A DNA stretch of 64,000 nucleotides from Candidatus Chisholmbacteria bacterium (GTDB lineage: Bacteria > Patescibacteriota > Microgenomatia > UBA1400 > Chisholmbacteraceae): the NCBI GenBank assembly GCA_963704905.1, contig CAVPHZ010000002.1, positions 292,537 through 356,536 of the forward strand, given 5' to 3'. The position numbers were made by a program, and so were the translations under genes. The notes under the pieces are model-generated. The model had not been told where the DNA came from. It saw only the letters and a program-made list of their open reading frames with translations, and did not search any database. Below are positions 58,586 through 64,000 of this stretch, piece by piece (the stretch's first letter is position 1; each line of letters starts with the position of its first letter).

Positions 58586-59455
58586 TTAATCAACATGATG
58601 GTCAAATGTTTCAGCTTGCTTGGGAGAAAACAAAGCGAAGTGCTCCGCACATGACGAACGGTAATAATCGCCTGCCAGCACACCTTTTCCGGCACCGACG
58701 AGGACCACAGGGTCATCGCTACTCGCCGGTCTCTCCCGGCCATCCTCCAAAATAACTGTCCTGCTTGTCATCCACGCAGGATATGAACAATCCATGCATT
58801 GAGCTGCCAAAACAATGCCGCTATCCGCTTCGGAGAGAATCGTTCCGGTATTTTCCCAAGGAGTTCCAAGAAATGACAGATCAAGACCTAAGAGAAGTGC
58901 TTTCATCTGACGCTTTTTAAGCCATACGGACCATTCCCTCAGCTCACCTCGATTCAAATTGCTAAACTGGATCTCATCAGCGATAACCACGCCATTTGCT
59001 GTCGCTGCTACAGCCGTTGATAGCTCTGAAAAAGAATCATAGATCTTAGTCTGAACGTCAGTACGATACCAGCCGCCGCCTTTTTCTTTAATTGCAAGTT
59101 CTTCGATATTTGTGCGGACAAAACCTAATTGATGTTGAAATACCTGCGCCCGTTGGCCTAATATGCCTGCAACTATAGCTGCGGTCGCGCTCTTCCCTCC
59201 CCACATAGGCGCAAAAACAAAAAACACAGTCCCCTCTCTATCAAACATATCACGGGAAAGAAACTCAGCTGCTTGGACTTGGTTTACATTGTAGTTCGTA
59301 ATATCCGGGTGAGGAACAGCATTCGGAAAAAAATGGACCTTACGTTGAGCATACAAACGTTCGTAAGTACTCTCGAGAGGCTCCACATGTGGCAATTCCC
59401 AGTTTTCTACACGGAGAAAGTTCTGCCGCACAAGTTCTTTGTATTGAATTGACAT
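58586..59455 (-). CDS. second thymidine-kinase-like (TK1-type) paralogue with a ~90-aa N-terminal extension
   Basis: FAPMWGGKS P-loop, VVIADEIQF, and the zinc ribbon CMDCSYPAWMTSR...GDYYRSSCAEHF. Confidence 0.65.
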   Translation of the reverse strand: MSIQYKELVRQNFLRVENWELPHVEPLESTYERLYAQRKVHFFPNAVPHPDITNYNVNQVQAAEFLSRDMFDREGTVFFVFAPMWGGKSATAAIVAGILGQRAQVFQHQLGFVRTNIEELAIKEKGGGWYRTDVQTKIYDSFSELSTAVAATANGVVIADEIQFSNLNRGELREWSVWLKKRQMKALLLGLDLSFLGTPWENTGTILSEADSGIVLAAQCMDCSYPAWMTSRTVILEDGRERPASSDDPVVLVGAGKGVLAGDYYRSSCAEHFALFSPKQAETFDHHVD

Positions 59456-59498
59456 CTCAGAAATCCTATTTGTTCGACAGACTATGAATTAACAAGGA

Positions 59499-60167
59499 TT
59501 AGTCATTTGAAAAAGCAGAGCGAATCTCATTCAAAACAGTAACAGCCCCGTTCCCATTGACCCAATCTATTGCTCCTGAATTAACGCTCACCAAACGACC
59601 TGTCTGGTCTTCTCTGAGTTGGTGTTCCCAATAATTGATCTGACGCGCCCAATAGTCGGAATCAATATGCATCTCATTTTGACGCTCAGGACTCTGAGAT
59701 GCCCGGGAAACAATTCTGCCAATCAGAGTATCCAGATTAACTGACATAACCAGTGTAATTTCTGGTTCAATGATCGTTCCAACCAGAGCTTGATATGTTC
59801 TTTCATACAATTCAAAATCGTCATCACTCATAATCCCCTGTTCGTGTGCGAGAACCGCATACATTCGGTGGCCGGCAGGAGGAACATCCCAAACCGCACC
59901 TCGAAAATCTGATCCGATCGTAGTCTTCCCTTGTTCGACGGAGGCAAGGAGAAAATGAAGCTGGGAGTGATACGCCCATTTAGACGGAAGCGAACTATTG
60001 TGAATATCTTTGTAGTATCGATCCAGGTACGGATTGTCTTCAGGAAGTTCCAAATACGTCCGAAAACCAAGGAGCCTCCCCAGCTCACGCGTAAGGGAAG
60101 TTTTTCCTGAACCGGTTGGACCTACAACACCGATTGTTAATTCCCGCTCATTAAATGCTATTCCCAT
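59499..60167 (-). CDS. deoxynucleoside kinase (dCK/dGK family)
   Basis: IGVVGPTGSGKTS, ELPEDNPYLDRYY and SQLHFL are typical of the dNK family. Confidence 0.75.
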   Translation of the reverse strand: MGIAFNERELTIGVVGPTGSGKTSLTRELGRLLGFRTYLELPEDNPYLDRYYKDIHNSSLPSKWAYHSQLHFLLASVEQGKTTIGSDFRGAVWDVPPAGHRMYAVLAHEQGIMSDDDFELYERTYQALVGTIIEPEITLVMSVNLDTLIGRIVSRASQSPERQNEMHIDSDYWARQINYWEHQLREDQTGRLVSVNSGAIDWVNGNGAVTVLNEIRSAFSND

Positions 60168-60634
60168 AATCAGTTTTTTAGAAAAAGCAAGCTATTTTCA
60201 CAAATAATGCCAGACAGCCTTCGGCTCGAAAGTGTCTCAACCTCCCTTTCTGAATATAGTCAATCATCCCATCCCGGTTCCACATTCAACCAATCACAAT
60301 AGGTACCCACTCCCAAGCTTTCCATAGCAAAAAAGATGCCGTTTTGATTTAAACTGAAGATGACCCTCAGTAACTGTAAAAGCATCGTGAACCACAACAG
60401 AGTTTTCAGAAAAAAAGACGATCTGTCGACAAGAACCTCTTGAATATAAACAAAAAATGCAAGAACTACGACCTCTCCTCATGATGCGTTTCCTTATTTA
60501 AAAATCAACTAGTAACTCTGAGCAGAAAGATCCTCTCGAAAAGTTATCTGTGAAATACATTAGTACAATCCACGCGACAAGGTCAATAACTGATTTTGAA
60601 TATGAAATCACACAAAGAAGAAAATACGCAGAGT

Positions 60635-62212
60635 TTAAGCAGGATCTTGGGAGTATCCACCTCCGCGAACAATGGCTTCTTCAGCCTTTTGAAGTTCAAT
60701 CCCAATATACATGATGTGTCCAGGGTCCCGCAGATAACCCCAGTCGGTGATCTGCCAGGCGACTTCTTGAGATGTACGGCCCTCAAATATTTTAATCGGT
60801 GCACCACCATCCGGTGCAAACATGGTTGCTCGAATAAGCTTTCCCGCATTCCGTCCCCGCTTCGGTATCCGTTTCAGTGTTTGTGAAACTGCATATGGAA
60901 CCGCCTCATTTTCGTATCGCGAAGAAAAATCAGCCCACACCATTGCATCTTTACGACTGATAACTTCAACCACCACATTCCCTCTCGGATCAAAGTTAAA
61001 ATGAACCGCTGGGGTATACCCAAGCTCCTTCTCATAATGTTTCATGATCAGCTCTTCAACTAAGAGAAAATCATCACTATAGATATGCGCACTGTGGGTG
61101 ATGATGCTCAGTGGACCAAGTGGATAGCCAGTTTCATGAGAAATTTCGTACTGAAGTTTGCGCAGCGCAAAGGCATTCCTTGGCCATCCATGCACCATAT
61201 CCTGGCTGCGAAAATGAGCTGTTAAGTGAAATTTATTTCCATAAATACTGCCGTTGAGTTGGGTCAAGCACGGTGTGTCACCTTTATGCACAGCTCCCCA
61301 ATCCCGTTTGACATCGACAGTGAAGGCTGCCATTTTCTTCGATGCTGGCCGTTTTTTTATCAGTTCCTTAATCTTTTCAATCTGATCAACGCCGAGCTCC
61401 TTACGCAACCTCCGTCCATAGTTGTACGCAACTCCAGGAATCTTTCGGTCAGTCAAAAGTTCAGCATAATACGCTTCCAACTCTATACGACTAAACGGTA
61501 AATACTGAGGAAAATAAATCTCATCCGGATCTTCATCAGTGACCACCGAAGTAAGATTAAGCACCTCTCGAATCTCGTTATCCTTACTGTAACGCGTATG
61601 CTTTGGCATACCATACTTATAAACTTCATTGAGAATCTTCAGCCAAGTCTTAGCTACTGAGGTTGCTGAAACCCGAAACCCAACTGTTTCACTCGGCAGC
61701 ACAGAAAACTTCGGTTGCGCTTTGGGAAACGTTTTCGGTTTTCGAGCAAACGGAACAGATTTTTCCGATGAAAGAACTTTAACAGTTTCTATCAGCACAT
61801 CCTTATTCCTTCCCCTAAGATCAACAACCTGAACCTTCTTACGAAATAGCTCAATCGCCACATCAGTAATTTCTTCTTCGATCTCCCCTCGTCCTTTCTT
61901 TATAGACCGATCCTTGTTTACTCCTTCCTGTATAAACATCAGTAGTGAGTGCCCTGAAAGGCTCATCTCCGAACCCCACAACACGATCGTCCTCAGTGCA
62001 GGATTGGCAAAAATGTTTCGCATCATTGCGTTAATTCCTTGTGCGCTGTAGAGGTTTCCAATCAGGTTGTACTTTGTTCCGGATAAAATTTTCTTCACTA
62101 CTTGGCGTTCAGTCCATAAGCAACACACCCCAACATGATGATCAGGATCATTGACCAGCAGAATATCTTTGTAGTAAAGCGGCCAGCCTCGCGTCCGTAC
62201 ACTCATAGGCAT
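60635..62212 (-). CDS. thymidylate-synthase-family (ThyA-like) catalytic domain embedded in a 525-aa protein with ~185-aa N-terminal and ~120-aa C-terminal extensions
   Basis: Residues ~190-400 align with ThyA: HTRYSKDNEIREVLNL to DRTGTGT; YGRRLR to YGKQWR; KRPASKKMAAFTV to NDPDSRRIIVSAW; nucleophile PCL; FRSQDM..GWPRNAFA to YQRSCD..GLPFNIAS, where Asn implies dUMP specificity; HSAHIY to GDTHLY. Confidence 0.6.
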   Translation of the reverse strand: MPMSVRTRGWPLYYKDILLVNDPDHHVGVCCLWTERQVVKKILSGTKYNLIGNLYSAQGINAMMRNIFANPALRTIVLWGSEMSLSGHSLLMFIQEGVNKDRSIKKGRGEIEEEITDVAIELFRKKVQVVDLRGRNKDVLIETVKVLSSEKSVPFARKPKTFPKAQPKFSVLPSETVGFRVSATSVAKTWLKILNEVYKYGMPKHTRYSKDNEIREVLNLTSVVTDEDPDEIYFPQYLPFSRIELEAYYAELLTDRKIPGVAYNYGRRLRKELGVDQIEKIKELIKKRPASKKMAAFTVDVKRDWGAVHKGDTPCLTQLNGSIYGNKFHLTAHFRSQDMVHGWPRNAFALRKLQYEISHETGYPLGPLSIITHSAHIYSDDFLLVEELIMKHYEKELGYTPAVHFNFDPRGNVVVEVISRKDAMVWADFSSRYENEAVPYAVSQTLKRIPKRGRNAGKLIRATMFAPDGGAPIKIFEGRTSQEVAWQITDWGYLRDPGHIMYIGIELQKAEEAIVRGGGYSQDPA

Positions 62213-62260
62213 GAAATTATCATAAGTGATTGAAAAATGACAAGTTGATTTGGCAGAATT

Positions 62261-62788
62261 CTAATCTATACCAAGATGCGATGGGGTAAACGGACGAGGC
62301 ATAAGCGTTTTAAGAGAAGTAGTATGCTGGAGTTTCCCTTCCAAATCAAAAACTAAGATTAACGCATTATCACAGTGCTCAATGATATGCTGCAAACAAA
62401 TTCCGCATGGACCTGACCAGTTATCTCCCCCACCTTCCTCATGTGCAACTGCAACTGCTTTTACAAACTTCCTACCGCTTTTTATATGTTCATCATCATC
62501 CATAGCTCTCCACACAGCTTTGTTTTCGGCATGACCGCTCCCATCCCAAACAACCACCTCAGCATTAAATGACCCATACATTTCTCCTGAATCGCAGAGA
62601 ACGGCAGCACCGACAGGGTATCCAGAGTATTCCTTATACGCGCTCCCGGCCTTCTTCACAGCTATCTCACCCATTTCCATCACTGTATCATCACCAATTT
62701 CAAGAACCTGCTGTGTAATCCACTCTCGCTCAGCCTCAACCTCCTCTGGACTTATAACCCAAATAGTTTGTAGAACCTCTGTTTTCAT
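62261..62788 (-). CDS. cdd: cytidine deaminase (tetrameric type) with an N-terminal extension
   Basis: YPVGAAVL, the zinc ligands HAE and PCGICLQ. Confidence 0.75.
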   Translation of the reverse strand: MKTEVLQTIWVISPEEVEAEREWITQQVLEIGDDTVMEMGEIAVKKAGSAYKEYSGYPVGAAVLCDSGEMYGSFNAEVVVWDGSGHAENKAVWRAMDDDEHIKSGRKFVKAVAVAHEEGGGDNWSGPCGICLQHIIEHCDNALILVFDLEGKLQHTTSLKTLMPRPFTPSHLGID

Positions 62789-63342
62789 TTCCCAAAATCC
62801 TTCCAGATCTTACTTGCTGTTGGAGGTTCTTGATCCTGATATTTACTCCCCCGCTTTCCATACGGTTTTTTAACAGGTGAGCTAACAGTTGAAAACGAAA
62901 TCTGTGCCACCCGCATTCCCGCATAGAGTTTGATGGGAAGATTAGAAAGGTTAGTCATCTCAAAGGTAAGATGCCCCTCAAATCCTGGGGGGATATGTGA
63001 AGCAGTTGCATGCACAATCAAACCCAAACGTCCTAGAGAAGACCGTCCCTCTAAAATTCCAACCAAATCATCCGGTAGTCCAATTCGCTCAAACGTGCTC
63101 GCCAAAACAAATTCCCGTGGATGGATAACAAACGGCGCACCTTCCTTAACTTTCACCAATTCAGTCACGTCAAACTCCTTGCTGACATCAACATGAGTTA
63201 CAGAGGACTTGTGAAACACACGGAAATTTCGGTGCAAGCGCAGATCATACGATGCCGGCTCAAGATGCTTTGGCTCAAACGGCGTAATGACGATCTTACC
63301 TATTTTAATTCGCTTCAATATATCGGTATCGGAAAGATACAT
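62785..63342 (-). CDS. dcd: dCTP deaminase
   Basis: ASYDLRL, GILEGRSSLGRLGL and the EMTNLS region. Its stop overlaps the cdd start by 4 nt. Confidence 0.85.
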   Translation of the reverse strand: MYLSDTDILKRIKIGKIVITPFEPKHLEPASYDLRLHRNFRVFHKSSVTHVDVSKEFDVTELVKVKEGAPFVIHPREFVLASTFERIGLPDDLVGILEGRSSLGRLGLIVHATASHIPPGFEGHLTFEMTNLSNLPIKLYAGMRVAQISFSTVSSPVKKPYGKRGSKYQDQEPPTASKIWKDFGK

Positions 63343-63389
63343 AGATGTGATACTTAGGATACCATGATGATCAACATAGAGTTGAAAAA

Positions 63390-63971
63390 TTAATTTTGAA
63401 GTTGACGGTCTTCAATTTGATCATAAATTGATATGGGGAGATCAGCCAAAACATAACGCTCGTTCTCAAATTCAGCTGATTCAAGTAAATTCCCAAGATC
63501 ATCAAACCGATGCGCTACAAAATGATTACCCTCAAGAAATAGATCCACAGCTACGGAATTCTTCTGATTAGTATCAGAGTGAATTAACAAAACTCCTACC
63601 ATCTCACTGACTCGGATTGATTGCTCTGGAGTTTCATTCCCATCTTCTTCTTGGAATCTAAAAGGCACAGAGCGAGCTTCTGGCTGACCATGCTCATCTA
63701 GAAACTGTATCCGGTATGGTCTTCCATTGTAGAGCACCGGTCCTATTTGACGAGATCCTTTCGACTTTCCTGCCGGAGGTGCAGTACTTTCCTCCTCCTG
63801 ATTATCCGTATTGTTAGGCAATCCACTTCTGGTTGTGCCAATAATAGTAATTTTGGAAGGTTCACCCTCATGAAGGTTATGTATGGTCCATCCAAGTTTC
63901 AATTCCGCTGGAAGCTCCTCAGCCAACTGTACAGCGCCTTCATTGCCGACTGTTGTAATCTCTTTGGTCAT
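63390..63971 (-). CDS. hypothetical protein
   Basis: ORF only. The start of the upstream gene is beyond the window. Confidence 0.35.
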   Translation of the reverse strand: MTKEITTVGNEGAVQLAEELPAELKLGWTIHNLHEGEPSKITIIGTTRSGLPNNTDNQEEESTAPPAGKSKGSRQIGPVLYNGRPYRIQFLDEHGQPEARSVPFRFQEEDGNETPEQSIRVSEMVGVLLIHSDTNQKNSVAVDLFLEGNHFVAHRFDDLGNLLESAEFENERYVLADLPISIYDQIEDRQLQN

Positions 63972-64000
63972 ACGTATGCAAAAAAATAAACAGCTCTCCA

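Noticed and set aside
60294-60482. 62-aa ORF in the 467-bp gap
   Set aside because: No RBS, Cys/Arg-rich random-looking sequence. The gap is more likely non-coding.
60635-61200. Bifunctional DHFR-TS interpretation of the ThyA-like fusion
   Set aside because: The N-terminal extension shows none of the DHFR motifs (no GRKT/ES-type NADPH site).
1-64000. Alternative genetic code (UGA recoding as in some CPR lineages)
   Set aside because: TGA terminates the DksA/TraR-like ORF at 371-373, and all conserved proteins are full length under the standard code.
1-64000. CRISPR arrays, rRNA genes, transposases or integrases
   Set aside because: I found no regularly spaced direct repeats, no rRNA-like conserved stretches, and no ORF with recognisable DDE or tyrosine-recombinase motifs.

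Overview
This 64-kb window looks like a compact bacterial chromosome segment with about 80% coding density and most genes on the minus strand. It uses the standard genetic code: TGA terminates the DksA/TraR-like ORF at 371-373, and all conserved genes are full length in code 11. I infer a Patescibacteria/CPR-like organism, but cannot prove it. The grounds are the very short EF-Ts (155 aa) and RF1 (298 aa), translationally coupled operons, no pyrH between tsf and frr, and an unusually heavy investment in nucleotide salvage.

Recognisable housekeeping genes: lspA (partial) and a degenerate lgt; efp; tRNA-Leu(CAA); dnaB; hisS; rpmE and prfA; htrA and ctpA; rpsF-ssb-rpsR; ychF; cysS; dnaX-ybaB...recR; ybeY-like; rpsU; proS; rseP; frr; tsf; rpsB; folD and glyA.

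Two large nucleotide-salvage islands stand out:
- 46180-53426 is a purine route (PRTase, add, IMPDH x2, guaA, PNP).
- 53465-63342 is a pyrimidine/deoxynucleotide route (tmk, two TK-like genes, dNK, a ThyA-like fusion, cdd, dcd). It also carries two large uncharacterised proteins: 835 aa with a degenerate Nudix box, and 527 aa that may be HD-like.

The most unusual locus is a five- or six-gene translationally coupled operon at 25839-30052, inserted between recR and the rest of the dnaX-ybaB-recR unit. It encodes a UPRTase-like fusion, two DNPH1/nucleoside-deoxyribosyltransferase-like proteins that each carry a ribbon-helix-helix-like tail, a thymidine-kinase-like protein and a LOG/TIGR00725-like protein. 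It is either a novel salvage module or a nucleotide-centric signalling/conflict module.

Two genes (lgt-like, an alpha/beta hydrolase) carry single-base frameshifts. There is one tRNA, three hairpin terminator candidates and a possible dnaX -1 slippage site. I found no rRNA, CRISPR array or mobile element.
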